DNA of 31,290 nt from an uncultured Fibrobacterales bacterium (GCA_963934255.1 CAWVXU010000024.1:1-31290), one strand, 5' to 3'; positions 8,360-17,533 are shown, counted from the first letter of the stretch. Notes: generated from the letters alone by a model not told the origin. Numbers and translations are program-made.

Positions 8360-9295
8360 CTAAGGCACAACAACCGTATTCAGAATTGTTTTTAAAATTG
8401 CATCAGATGTCAACTCTTCAGCCTCTGCTTCATAACTCAAAGCAATTCGATGGCGCAAAACAGGAAGCGCGACTGAATGTATGTCTTCTGGGCTGACAAA
8501 ATCTCGTCCTTCTAGGAATGCGTGTGCCTTGGAGGCTTTAGCTAAATCAATTGAAGCTCGAGGTGATGCACCTACATCAATCAAATTCTCCAAGTTTTGC
8601 AAATCATATTCTTTAGGTCGACGAGTTGCATGTACAAGACGCACGATGTACTCTTCTAATTTTTGATCAAGATGAACCTTTTTTATCGTCTCACGAGCTT
8701 TTAAAATTTCAGACGCACTTGATACCGAGTTAACAGCTTCAAAACCACCACCTGAGACAGCGCGCATGATTTCAATTTCTTCTTCTAATGTCGGATAGTC
8801 CAAAAGAACTTTCAACATAAAACGGTCAACCTGAGCTTCAGGTAAAGTATAGGTGCCATCTTGTTCAATAGGATTCTGCGTAGCTAAAACCAAGAAAGGT
8901 GCTTCCAAAGCATATGTCGTCTCACCAATTGTGACTTGTTTTTCTTGCATTGCTTCAAGTAAAGCCGACTGAACCTTAGAAGGGGCGCGATTAATTTCAT
9001 CAGCTAAAATCAAATTGGCAAATATCGGCCCTTTGCGTGTTTCAAACTCCGCAGTATGAGCGTTGTAAATCATAGTACCAAGGATGTCTGCGGGTAACAA
9101 ATCCGGTGTAAATTGAATTCTGTGAAATTTCAAGTCGATTGCCTGCGCAAAAGCATTAACTGCTGTTGTTTTTGCAAGCCCTGGGAGACCTTCCAAAAGA
9201 ACATGGCCATCAGCCAGAATTCCAATAAGAAGGTTTTTAAGCATGGACTCTTGTCCAATTACTGCATGATGTACTTCAGTCAAAATGTGTTTCAT
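8360..9295 (-). CDS. moxR: MoxR-family AAA+ ATPase
   Basis: Walker A GLPGLAKT, 'RIQFTPDLLPAD', Walker B LILADEINRA, 'ATQNPIEQDGTYTLPEAQVDRF', 'GASPRA'. Confidence 0.96.
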   Translation of the reverse strand: MKHILTEVHHAVIGQESMLKNLLIGILADGHVLLEGLPGLAKTTAVNAFAQAIDLKFHRIQFTPDLLPADILGTMIYNAHTAEFETRKGPIFANLILADEINRAPSKVQSALLEAMQEKQVTIGETTYALEAPFLVLATQNPIEQDGTYTLPEAQVDRFMLKVLLDYPTLEEEIEIMRAVSGGGFEAVNSVSSASEILKARETIKKVHLDQKLEEYIVRLVHATRRPKEYDLQNLENLIDVGASPRASIDLAKASKAHAFLEGRDFVSPEDIHSVALPVLRHRIALSYEAEAEELTSDAILKTILNTVVVP

Positions 9296-9317
9296 TCTAA
9301 TCCCTATCTAAATTCTT

Positions 9318-9349
9318 ACAGTAGGTAAAATCTGAAATTCTACCTCTGT
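9318..9349. promoter_or_regulatory. Inverted repeat upstream of moxR (operator or 5' leader hairpin)
   Basis: ACAG-T-AGGTAAAAT-ctgaa-ATTCTACCT-CTGT. On the minus-strand RNA it gives 13 pairs including one G-U and one bulge. It overlaps a TAGAAT -10-like hexamer at 9337-9342 (minus). Confidence 0.45.
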
Positions 9350-9505
9350 TCCCTGTCAATCTACAATTATCCAATATAAAGGCACTCTCAACCTACAAAA
9401 TCGGTAAATTCACTTAATTTTAAGTCAAAATGAGCTAAAATCATTTTCTAGCCATAAAATATTTTTTTTCAAATGAAAATTCAAGTATTCTAGATGAATT
9501 GTGAA

Positions 9506-9514
9506 TGCTATCTT
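9506..9514 (+). promoter_or_regulatory. Extended -10 promoter (TG-c-TATCTT), probably leaderless recR
   Basis: TGCTATCTT followed by 6 nt (TAAAAA) and then the recR ATG. No SD is present. Confidence 0.55.
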
Positions 9515-9520
9515 TAAAAA

Positions 9521-10117
9521 ATGCAATTACCTGAGCCTATCAATAACCTGATTCACCAATTCTCCCAATTACCCGGGGTTGGTAAAAAGTCAGCTATGCG
9601 AATGGTGTTTCATATCTTGTCCGATAATATACAGTATCCAAATGACCTTATTAAGGCATTGAGTGATGTTCAAGAAAAGATACACGCCTGCCATCAATGT
9701 TTTGCTTATACAGATCTAGACATCTGTCATATTTGCTCAAATCCAAGACGCAATTCACAACTTTTATGTGTAGTTGAAAAACAATCCGATCTTTTGGCTT
9801 TTGAACGAAGCGGTGAGTTTCAGGGTTTATACCACGTTCTTGGCGCTGCAATCAGCCCACTTGATGGCATCGGCCCTTCTGATATACATATACCAGAATT
9901 ACTTAACCGCATTAGACAAAACGAAGTGATCGAAGTGATACTAGCGACCAGCTCAAGTGCTGAAGGCGAATCCACTGCACACTTTATTGACAAGGCCATT
10001 TCACAAGAATCAGTCAAAAGAACTAGGCTTGCACGAGGCATCCCTATGGGTACCGAACTTGAATACCTTGACGACCACACTCTTAGCCGCGCACTTTCCA
10101 GTAGAATAGAGCTTTAA
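9521..10117 (+). CDS. recR: Recombination mediator RecR
   Basis: HhH 'LPGVGKKSA', C4 zinc finger CHQC...CHIC, Toprim 'CVVE...YHVLG...ISPLDGIGP...EVILAT...EGEST', 'RLARGIPMG'. Confidence 0.97.
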   Translation: MQLPEPINNLIHQFSQLPGVGKKSAMRMVFHILSDNIQYPNDLIKALSDVQEKIHACHQCFAYTDLDICHICSNPRRNSQLLCVVEKQSDLLAFERSGEFQGLYHVLGAAISPLDGIGPSDIHIPELLNRIRQNEVIEVILATSSSAEGESTAHFIDKAISQESVKRTRLARGIPMGTELEYLDDHTLSRALSSRIEL

Positions 10118-10118
10118 A

Positions 10119-10703
10119 ATGAAAATAGTCAGTGCAGAATTTGTGATTGGTGTGGTCAAAATGGACCAACTCCCTGAAGATAATATCCCTCAAGTTGCTT
10201 TTGCTGGTCGCTCCAACGTGGGGAAATCAAGCCTACTCAACGCCCTCCTTAACCGTAAGAATTTGGTCAAGGTCAGTGGAACTCCTGGTAAAACGCGCGA
10301 AATCAACTTTTTCCTTATCAATAAGCTCTTCCACCTAGTAGATTTACCCGGTATAGGTTACGCCAAAATCTCCAAAGCTTATCGCAAAGCAATATCTAAA
10401 ACTATTAATAACTACTTAGAACATTCTAAACAGTTAAATGGTATTGTCTATCTTGTAGATATGAAAACAGGTGGGACTCAACTTGATGTTGATACTTTCT
10501 CAGAGCTTATCAAATCAGGACTTCCTGTTCTTATGGTTTGTACCAAAATGGATAAACTCAATCAAAAAGAGCGTAAAAAACAGCTAGACCACATCACAAA
10601 AAAATTTAACTTAGAATTACCCCCCATTTGTGTGAGTGCGTTTAAAAAAACGAACCTTGATCAAGTTTGGGGACAACTTCTTAGCGCAATCACGCCAGGG
10701 TAG
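10119..10703 (+). CDS. engB: Ribosome biogenesis GTPase YihA/EngB (YsxC)
   Basis: G1 GRSNVGKS, G2 TPGKT, G3 DLPGIGY, G4 TKMD, G5 SA. Confidence 0.96.
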   Translation: MKIVSAEFVIGVVKMDQLPEDNIPQVAFAGRSNVGKSSLLNALLNRKNLVKVSGTPGKTREINFFLINKLFHLVDLPGIGYAKISKAYRKAISKTINNYLEHSKQLNGIVYLVDMKTGGTQLDVDTFSELIKSGLPVLMVCTKMDKLNQKERKKQLDHITKKFNLELPPICVSAFKKTNLDQVWGQLLSAITPG

Positions 10704-10709
10704 GAAACA

Positions 10710-11585
10710 TTGGGAAGACGACCAGATAGATTTAAAGCAACATATTCAGGATCAGCTCATCTTCTAGATGCTGTAGGTGCCAAGTATTACGCTTCTTCTT
10801 TTGGTCAAGTATCAGGTCTTTTCATCAAATGTTTACGCCACCTTTTTGACGGCTTACGCGATTCGCATTTCCCGTCTCAGCAAGTCATTTCACAGATTTA
10901 TTTTACAGGTTTCGAAGCAGTCAAACTTATCTGTATTGTTTCTAGTTTATTTGGAGCCGTGGTAGTCCTAGAAGCACTAATAATGATGCCCAAGGTTGGT
11001 TTTGGGGATAGTTTTGGAAATATAACCGTTGTCATTATTGTTCGAGAATTAGGACCTATACTCACCGCATTTTTAGTAGCAGGGCGGACCGGCTCCGGAC
11101 TTGCTACCTATATTGGAAACATGCAAGTTGAATCAGAGATTGATGCTCTTAAATCAATGGGAGTTGACCCTATTAAATTCCTTGCTCTCCCCGCTCTTCT
11201 CGGTGGTATTGTTTCCATGATCGGACTGTCTATTATTTTCGGTTTTGTAGCAATTACAGCAGGTTATATTTGTGGGATGATTGGGATCAAAGTTTTACAC
11301 TTAAATATTGCCTTAGATCTACAAATTTACCTCAATTCAATATTTAATGCCATGACGGTGACTGATTTATTTATGATAGTGATAAAGCCAGCCTTTTTTG
11401 GGATTTTTATCTCTATGATCGCATGCTATAAAGGCTTATCTCTTGGAAATGATAGTCGTTTAGTCCCTAAAGCAGCTTCAGAAACAGTGGTTGCTTGCTT
11501 TATTTGTATCGTACTTTCTGACTTAGTGTTTCTCTTATTCTATCTTCCTGAATATATGAAACAAATCAACTCACTAGGTATATAA
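10710..11585 (+). CDS. mlaE: MlaE-family ABC permease
   Basis: 'VRELGPILTAFLVAGRTGS...IGNMQVESEIDALKSMGVDP'. Multiple TMs. TTG start. Confidence 0.92.
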   Translation: MGRRPDRFKATYSGSAHLLDAVGAKYYASSFGQVSGLFIKCLRHLFDGLRDSHFPSQQVISQIYFTGFEAVKLICIVSSLFGAVVVLEALIMMPKVGFGDSFGNITVVIIVRELGPILTAFLVAGRTGSGLATYIGNMQVESEIDALKSMGVDPIKFLALPALLGGIVSMIGLSIIFGFVAITAGYICGMIGIKVLHLNIALDLQIYLNSIFNAMTVTDLFMIVIKPAFFGIFISMIACYKGLSLGNDSRLVPKAASETVVACFICIVLSDLVFLLFYLPEYMKQINSLGI

Positions 11586-11586
11586 A

Positions 11587-12363
11587 TTGGCGGCTCTCAT
11601 TGTAAATGAACTCGTGCTAAGCTACGGTTCTAAGAAAATTCTTGACGATGCTTCGCTTGTCGTCAATAATGGAGAAATTCTCTGTATTTGGGGCCCTTCT
11701 GGCGAAGGCAAGTCAACACTCCTCAAAGTAATAGCTGGACTTCAAAAAGCTCAGTCTGGCCGTATTACCATCTTAGGTAGCCCTGCAGAAATGCTTTACC
11801 CATCCGCTCTTGATCCCGTAAGGCGTAAAATGGGCTTTGTTTTCCAAAACAATGCACTTACTTCAAATTTAAAAGTCTATGACAATATCGCACTTCCACT
11901 CAGGTACCATCAACTTGACGATGAAGAAGGAATCGCCATTCGAGTAAAAAATGTTCTCAATACAATGCTTGTTGAAGAATATGCATCTGCATTCCCTTAT
12001 GAGCTATCCCTGGGTATCCAGCGTCGCGTTGCTGTGGCACGTGCCTTAGTTTTGGACCCAGACATACTTTTAATGGATGAGCCAACTTCAGGACTTGACT
12101 TCCTCAGTCGTCTCAGCTTGCTCTCATTAATTTCAAATATTAATCAGCTCAGAAAAGTCACCGTCGTGATTGTCACTCATGATTTAAACCTTCCGATTGA
12201 ACTTGATGCCAAAATAAGTATCTTCAACAAAGGCAAACTTTCAGAGCCAAGCCCGGCCATTGAAATGAAAGAAATCAAGAATCCCTTCTTAGATGAACTA
12301 AGAATTGAGATGAATATCCACAAAAAGCGTATTGAAAGACTATCAGCTCCATCCGTGGATTGA
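11587..12363 (+). CDS. mlaF: MlaF-family ABC ATPase
   Basis: Walker A GPSGEGKST, Q-loop GFVFQNNAL, 'NIALPL', Walker B LLMDEP, H-loop VTHD. Lies between mlaE and an MCE gene. TTG start. Confidence 0.9.
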   Translation: MAALIVNELVLSYGSKKILDDASLVVNNGEILCIWGPSGEGKSTLLKVIAGLQKAQSGRITILGSPAEMLYPSALDPVRRKMGFVFQNNALTSNLKVYDNIALPLRYHQLDDEEGIAIRVKNVLNTMLVEEYASAFPYELSLGIQRRVAVARALVLDPDILLMDEPTSGLDFLSRLSLLSLISNINQLRKVTVVIVTHDLNLPIELDAKISIFNKGKLSEPSPAIEMKEIKNPFLDELRIEMNIHKKRIERLSAPSVD

Positions 12364-12378
12364 TTATATTTATAGTCT

Positions 12379-13323
12379 ATGCTAAAATTCCTTAAGTCAA
12401 AACAGTTTCAAATGAGAGATTTTAATAATCTATTCGTTGGTGCATTCATCATGACAGCTATTGCCATGTTCTTTATCGCAAGTATTTTGACTTTGCAAAA
12501 GAAGAATATGTTTGAAGATAAATATGTTCTTTTTGCCAATTTTGAACAAGGCCAGGGCGTGAGTATTGGTACGCAAATCCAAATAAACGGTGTAGCCGTT
12601 GGTAAAGTTGACTCTCTTGGTCTGCGAAAAGATGGCTCTGTTCGTATGAAATTAATCATACTAGATCAATATCAACATCACATCACCACACAATCAACCA
12701 TATTTGCCATTCGTCCCAAAAGTTTGATTTCTGATCGAGCTCTCAACATCACTCATGGTGAAGGTGGATATGTTCTTGAACCCAACGAAACTTTAGCATC
12801 TAAAGAAGCGCAAGATATTGAAACATTACTCGCCCACGTTAATGAGCTAATTGGACACATTGAAAAAATTGCTATTTCTGCTGACACCATATTAAATATG
12901 GTAAGTGACCCTAAATCAACTATAGGGGCTCTCATTAATGACAGAACCCTCTATGATAAAATAAATACAGAGATGGATGCGCTCGCTGACATCACAGGAG
13001 TAACTACCGGGTTATTACGCACTCTTAGCACCAGAGCACCAGGTATATTAGACAAAGTAGACTCCATTGCAGATAACACTCAAGAACTTACTCAGGGAGC
13101 GACCAACACATTACATGGTTTAAACAAAGTTATGTTCAAGACAGACTCAATGATGACCAGAGTGGATGGCCTAATAGGAATAGTCAGTGAACTCATGATT
13201 GACAGTGAAGACAAACTCGAACGAGTAGATGATTTAGTCAAAGGCGTTTCAAGCTATTGGTTTATTCGGACCAAAATTCCTCAAAAGAATGAGGTTCTCA
13301 TGAGAACCGAAGAGGCTTGGTAA
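12379..13323 (+). CDS. mlaD: MCE/MlaD family protein with a helical C-terminal extension
   Basis: N-terminal TM, then an MCE domain 'QGVSIGTQIQINGVAVGKV', then a long helical region with 'TIGALINDRTLYD'. An alternative start at ATG 12412 is possible. Confidence 0.9.
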   Translation: MLKFLKSKQFQMRDFNNLFVGAFIMTAIAMFFIASILTLQKKNMFEDKYVLFANFEQGQGVSIGTQIQINGVAVGKVDSLGLRKDGSVRMKLIILDQYQHHITTQSTIFAIRPKSLISDRALNITHGEGGYVLEPNETLASKEAQDIETLLAHVNELIGHIEKIAISADTILNMVSDPKSTIGALINDRTLYDKINTEMDALADITGVTTGLLRTLSTRAPGILDKVDSIADNTQELTQGATNTLHGLNKVMFKTDSMMTRVDGLIGIVSELMIDSEDKLERVDDLVKGVSSYWFIRTKIPQKNEVLMRTEEAW

Positions 13324-14225
13324 TGAGAATTTTTCAATGTACCTTCTTTATTAGTCTCTTGTGTTTAAGTTTCGTGTCCGCAGAACAAAGCTTCAAAAGT
13401 GGCATTTACGCTCATCGCGCAAAGATCCAGTGGAAAGATGGTAATTACTCAGCAGCAGCCAGTCTTTACAATAATGCACTCAATGAAGCCCTAAGAGAAG
13501 CTAATTTACCATCTGAAAATAAAATCCGACTTAATCGAGCTCACCTAGAGCTTGACGCAATGAGAGTGAAAGAAACCAAACGCTGGATCTCATCTCTTAG
13601 CCCCAATCACAAATCATTGGATGTTTACTTTCACAAACTACTCCTCGAATTACAAATGGCAATTCAAACGGGTGACTGTAAAGAAAAAGTAAGTGAACTT
13701 TCCGGATTTATGAAAAAACACAAAGCAAATGAAAGTCTAAACCTAAAAGTTGCTCGCATACCGATGAGCATTTGTTTTGCGCAGTCAGGGCAATTCAAAA
13801 AAGCTTCAAATCAAATCAAATGGACTGAAGAAGAGTTTGAAGGCAAAGCACAAGGTCAGCGTGCCTATGCGCAAGCATGGATTGAACTCCATCTTCACAA
13901 TTGGACTAGAGCAATCAAAAACCTTCATACTGCTTTTGATTTTGCACAAAAAGCAATGAGGCCTTATGAACTCGGTCAAATTTTATTTCACTTAGGCAAT
14001 TGTTATGAGAAATTAGATGAAAAAAACCTCGCAAAACAATTTTACTATCGGTCATTCACAGTTTTTAACAAAATTCAGATTCTCAACCCAATGGCTCGAT
14101 CTCTTAATAAATATCTAGAGTATGAAGCAGATGACCAATTAGAAAACGATCTAAAAATAATTTCTAGTAATTTAAGTGAAGCTGAAAAGAACATGATTCA
14201 CATAAAGCCCACCTATTTCAAATAG
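13323..14225 (+). CDS. Secreted tetratricopeptide-repeat protein
   Basis: Signal peptide MRIFQCTFFISLLCLSFVSA. TPR-like 'LFHLGNCYEKLDEKNLAKQFYYRS' and 'GNYSAAASLYNNAL'. ATG at 13323 overlaps the mlaD TAA. Confidence 0.8.
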   Translation: MRIFQCTFFISLLCLSFVSAEQSFKSGIYAHRAKIQWKDGNYSAAASLYNNALNEALREANLPSENKIRLNRAHLELDAMRVKETKRWISSLSPNHKSLDVYFHKLLLELQMAIQTGDCKEKVSELSGFMKKHKANESLNLKVARIPMSICFAQSGQFKKASNQIKWTEEEFEGKAQGQRAYAQAWIELHLHNWTRAIKNLHTAFDFAQKAMRPYELGQILFHLGNCYEKLDEKNLAKQFYYRSFTVFNKIQILNPMARSLNKYLEYEADDQLENDLKIISSNLSEAEKNMIHIKPTYFK

Positions 14226-14673
14226 CACTCTCTTGAAATACTTTGGGTTTCACATCACCCCACAGCAACCTTTTTTCAATTACCAAATAAACTCAATTTA
14301 TGTTGAGTCGTTTTATATGACCTCTTCCATGTCTGTCTTGCCTGACTTGCTGCTCTATCAGTGTGTTGTTTAATAAATTTGACTCCTATTCAAACAGTTG
14401 AAGCAAATGATTTTTTTGCGATTATCAGATGCTTAGAATTCAAAAATACAGATTAAGAGTAAACTTTAAGTTTTTCCCATTCCCCAGAAACTAGAGTATT
14501 TTTTTAATGTTTTCAAAAGAGTGTTTAAGTCAAGTTTCAAAAAAAATCTTATCGTCTAACTTAGACTTCTTGTCAAAGCTTCGATTCAAAATAGAATTAT
14601 GTGAGATTGATGAAACAGTTCTACCTGCTTTACTCACCTCTATGACTATAAACTTGATATTCCCCTATCATGA

Positions 14674-16521
14674 TCATCTTCTATTTTTGTTTTGTTCTAA
14701 GTAAGCCACTAATATTCTCGCTTTTGAATCACCTAATAGTAAACGTAATTCATAAAAATCGACCAACTTTAATTTGGACATCGTTTGATATTTTTCAAGA
14801 AGTAGTTTGCGTGATTTCTGACCTAGACCTTTAATGCCATCTAAATCAATCATACCTTCCATACGCGTTTTACGTTTATTTCGTTGGTGCGTGATAGCAA
14901 AACGGTGTGATTCATTGCGCACTCTTTGCAATAATTTTAGGGCAGGACTATGTTTGTCGATGAGTACCGGATTAGAATCTCCAGGAAAAAAAACTTCCTC
15001 TTCTCGTTTAGCAAGACCGATAAGCTGCTGTGTCTTTTCAAAACCATATTCACAAACAACTTCCCAAGCAGCAGATACCTGACCTTTACCACCATCTATC
15101 AAGAATAAATCAGGTAGAGGGTCACCAGATTCAACATGCCTTCTAAGTCTTCGATGCATCACTTCACGCATTGAAGCAAAATCATCAATATAATCAACCG
15201 TCTTAATATTATAATTACGGTATTCATTTTTCGATGGTTTACCATCTCTAAATGTAACCAGAGACGCAACAGTTTGTGTTCCACCTAAATGTGAAATATC
15301 AAAGCCTTCAATATGACGGGGGGGGGTAGCTATCCCTAATTCTTTTTGAAGTAGTTCAACAGATTGAGCAATATTTCTAGCCTTTGTGATTCTAGCGACC
15401 TGTTCAACAAGTAACATCTCTGCATTTTTTTGAGCTAAATTTAAAAGTTTTCTTCGTTCTCCAATTTGAGGAAATAGGAACTTAACCATCTTGTTTCTAA
15501 GTTTTGAAAGGTGTTCACTCAAAAGTTCCGAACCTTGAAAATCTTGTTCAAAACAAATTTCCAAAGGAATCATTTCTGGTTCTCGATAATATGATATCAG
15601 GAATTCAAGATACAGCTCGCCTTCATCTTGTTCGAGTAAGCACTCAAGATTGAGGTGACGCCTATCTAATAAAGCACCTTCTCTAATTTCCATGAGAACA
15701 ATGGTAGCCTGATTGCCCTTGCGCGCTAATGCAATAAGATCCATTTCCATTCCTGCATGCCGCATATCGACATGCGAACGCCTATTCAAAGCTTCTATAG
15801 CCCTGACTTGATCGCGTAATTCACCAGCCAATTCAAAGTCCAAAGCATCACTTGCTTTTTTCATTTTCGAAGTAATGTCAGCCGTAATCTCTTTGTATTT
15901 GCCGGACAGTAAATTTTTAACTCCAACGACGGTATGTTCATTGTAGTGATCAGCAGAACAAAGGTCCGCACATGGGGCTTCACATCGGTTAATGTGAAAA
16001 TTCAGACATGGTCGAATAAGCTCTTTGCCAGGTAGCCTTAGATCACACTCCCGCATTTGAAATAGCTTTGGTAAAAGTTCCAACACTTGATGGACTTGTT
16101 TGCCACTCGTGAAAGGCCCGAAATACTTATTGCCGTCTTGACGCACTCGTCTAACTAGTTTTGCCCTAGGGAATGCTTCAGTAGTTGTTAAAACAATATA
16201 TGGATAGTGCTTATCATCCTTTAGCCTCACATTAAATTTAGGTTGATGCTTCTGTATGAGATTGGCTTCCAAGATTAATGCATCAAGCTCAGTAGAAGTT
16301 ATAACCCAATCAATATCTACCACATAAGGTTGTATGAGTTCTGCAGCACGATGGCCATTTTTGTCTCTACTATCGAGAAAATAGGATCGGACTCGATTTT
16401 TTAAGTTTTTAGCTTTTCCAATGTATATAATTGTATCTGTTGCATTTTTCATAAAATATACACCAGGGGATTGTGGTAAATCCTCTAATCTATCTGCTAC
16501 TTTATCTTTAGCGTTATACAA
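14674..16521 (-). CDS. uvrC: Excinuclease ABC subunit C
   Basis: GIY-YIG 'PGVY...IYIGKAKNLKNRV', Cys-rich region, UVR domain 'LDFELAGELRD', RNase H-like 'FDISH..DDF..IDGGKGQ', 'RNESHRFAI', C-terminal HhH. TTG start with GGAG SD. Confidence 0.97.
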   Translation of the reverse strand: MYNAKDKVADRLEDLPQSPGVYFMKNATDTIIYIGKAKNLKNRVRSYFLDSRDKNGHRAAELIQPYVVDIDWVITSTELDALILEANLIQKHQPKFNVRLKDDKHYPYIVLTTTEAFPRAKLVRRVRQDGNKYFGPFTSGKQVHQVLELLPKLFQMRECDLRLPGKELIRPCLNFHINRCEAPCADLCSADHYNEHTVVGVKNLLSGKYKEITADITSKMKKASDALDFELAGELRDQVRAIEALNRRSHVDMRHAGMEMDLIALARKGNQATIVLMEIREGALLDRRHLNLECLLEQDEGELYLEFLISYYREPEMIPLEICFEQDFQGSELLSEHLSKLRNKMVKFLFPQIGERRKLLNLAQKNAEMLLVEQVARITKARNIAQSVELLQKELGIATPPRHIEGFDISHLGGTQTVASLVTFRDGKPSKNEYRNYNIKTVDYIDDFASMREVMHRRLRRHVESGDPLPDLFLIDGGKGQVSAAWEVVCEYGFEKTQQLIGLAKREEEVFFPGDSNPVLIDKHSPALKLLQRVRNESHRFAITHQRNKRKTRMEGMIDLDGIKGLGQKSRKLLLEKYQTMSKLKLVDFYELRLLLGDSKARILVAYLEQNKNRR

Positions 16522-16709
16522 AATTGCTCCGTTAAATGATCAATTAAAGATGAAAAGAATTCTGACTCATAAAATAAGAAAAAGAATTTTCAATATCATC
16601 TTATTATTCCTTAGAGCTTTAATACTTGGATCACTTAGTAGCTCATGAAATGAGATATAAGTCATCGATGAATTCCTTAAGAACTCGCGGCTTTCGACAA
16701 ATGTAGGAA

Positions 16710-17531
16710 AGCTTTTTACTTTGCACCTAAAGGTCTATATGGAAAAACACTGAAATTCCTTTATATGGTTCGCTCATGTATTTTGTCTAAAATATGTGTT
16801 AATTACGACAACAATTTAACTGTAGTTTAAACTTCTAGATGATCTGATGTAATGGGTATTCAAAAAGATGGTTAACTACATTCAAAGGCAGAAATAGTTT
16901 CGCACCAAAAAGAGCATGAACTGTTAAACCTGATATCGGCGGAGACTGAGCTTGATGAGTATATTGAAAAAAAACAATGATATGGATTAAAGACGAAAAA
17001 CTTAAGCACCTCGCCATGGATTTTGGAAGTAGGTATGAATCAAATTATACATGCTTTAGGAGCTTCAAGGTCAACCCTATATTATAAACGGGTCGCCTAT
17101 CCCAAGCGACTCTCAGTTCTGATAAAAATACTACTGTTAAGATGTGAAGCTTGATTAGAGTTATTTGTATAAACTTTGGAAGCAACCTATCGGCAATAGG
17201 CCAATTACAGTTCATTACTTATAAAGGTCAAGAATTAATTACAAAAGAGTGGATTAGAATTCACAAAATATCGAATATCAATAGTTGCTCTCACCCACAT
17301 ACTTAGGACGACCAAGCGCAATGGTTGAGGGATTTAATTGAGCTTCCAAGAGTGAATATATTTATGAGAGCTGACTTGACATTGCAGAGCATATCCAGGG
17401 AATAGATACAAACTCAATGGAAGAATACAACAATTATGCGCCTCGTTCATTATTAAACCCAAAAATACTGTCAGAATATTGTAAATTAAAACTAGCCCCT
17501 TAATTGTTTCGGTTTCGAAGTAAAAGTAGCA
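16710..17531 (+). mobile_element. Decayed, internally deleted IS3-family (IS2-like) insertion sequence
   Basis: OrfA-like remnants at 16739-16980 end in an A8 run (16967-16974). OrfB N-terminal motif 'IIHALGASRSTLYYK' at 17044-17088. Integrase C-terminus 'SPTY...AMVEGFN*ASKSEYIY...MEEYNNYAPRSLLN...SEY' at 17291-17503. The right end terminates in ...GTAGCA at 17531. Several stops and frameshifts. The left end is approximate. Confidence 0.75.
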
Positions 17532-17533
17532 CT

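Noticed and set aside
9337..9359. Perfect TTGACA (minus, 9354-9359) paired with TAGAAT as the moxR promoter
   Set aside because: The spacer is only 11 bp.
14305..14380. Minus-strand 'LLNNTLIEQQVRQDRHGRGHIKR' resembling the IS6 'YLNNxIEQDHRxIKR' motif
   Set aside because: Spacing is wrong and there is no other IS6 motif or terminal repeat nearby.
14507..14704. 65-aa plus-strand ORF
   Set aside because: No SD, overlaps the uvrC 3' end antisense, no recognisable features.
16722..16735. TGCAC upstream of uvrC as a possible Fibrobacter-type LexA box (recalled as TGCNC-N4-GTGCA)
   Set aside because: Only a half-site, and it lies within the putative IS left end.
16421..17017. ORFs 16421-16648 (+) and 16835-17017 (-)
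   Set aside because: The first overlaps the uvrC start antisense. The second is antisense to the IS relic.
16751..17374. In-frame TGA codons in the IS relic as a sign of stop-codon recoding
   Set aside because: TAA/TAG stops and frameshifts also occur, and host genes end in TGA. These are ordinary nonsense mutations.
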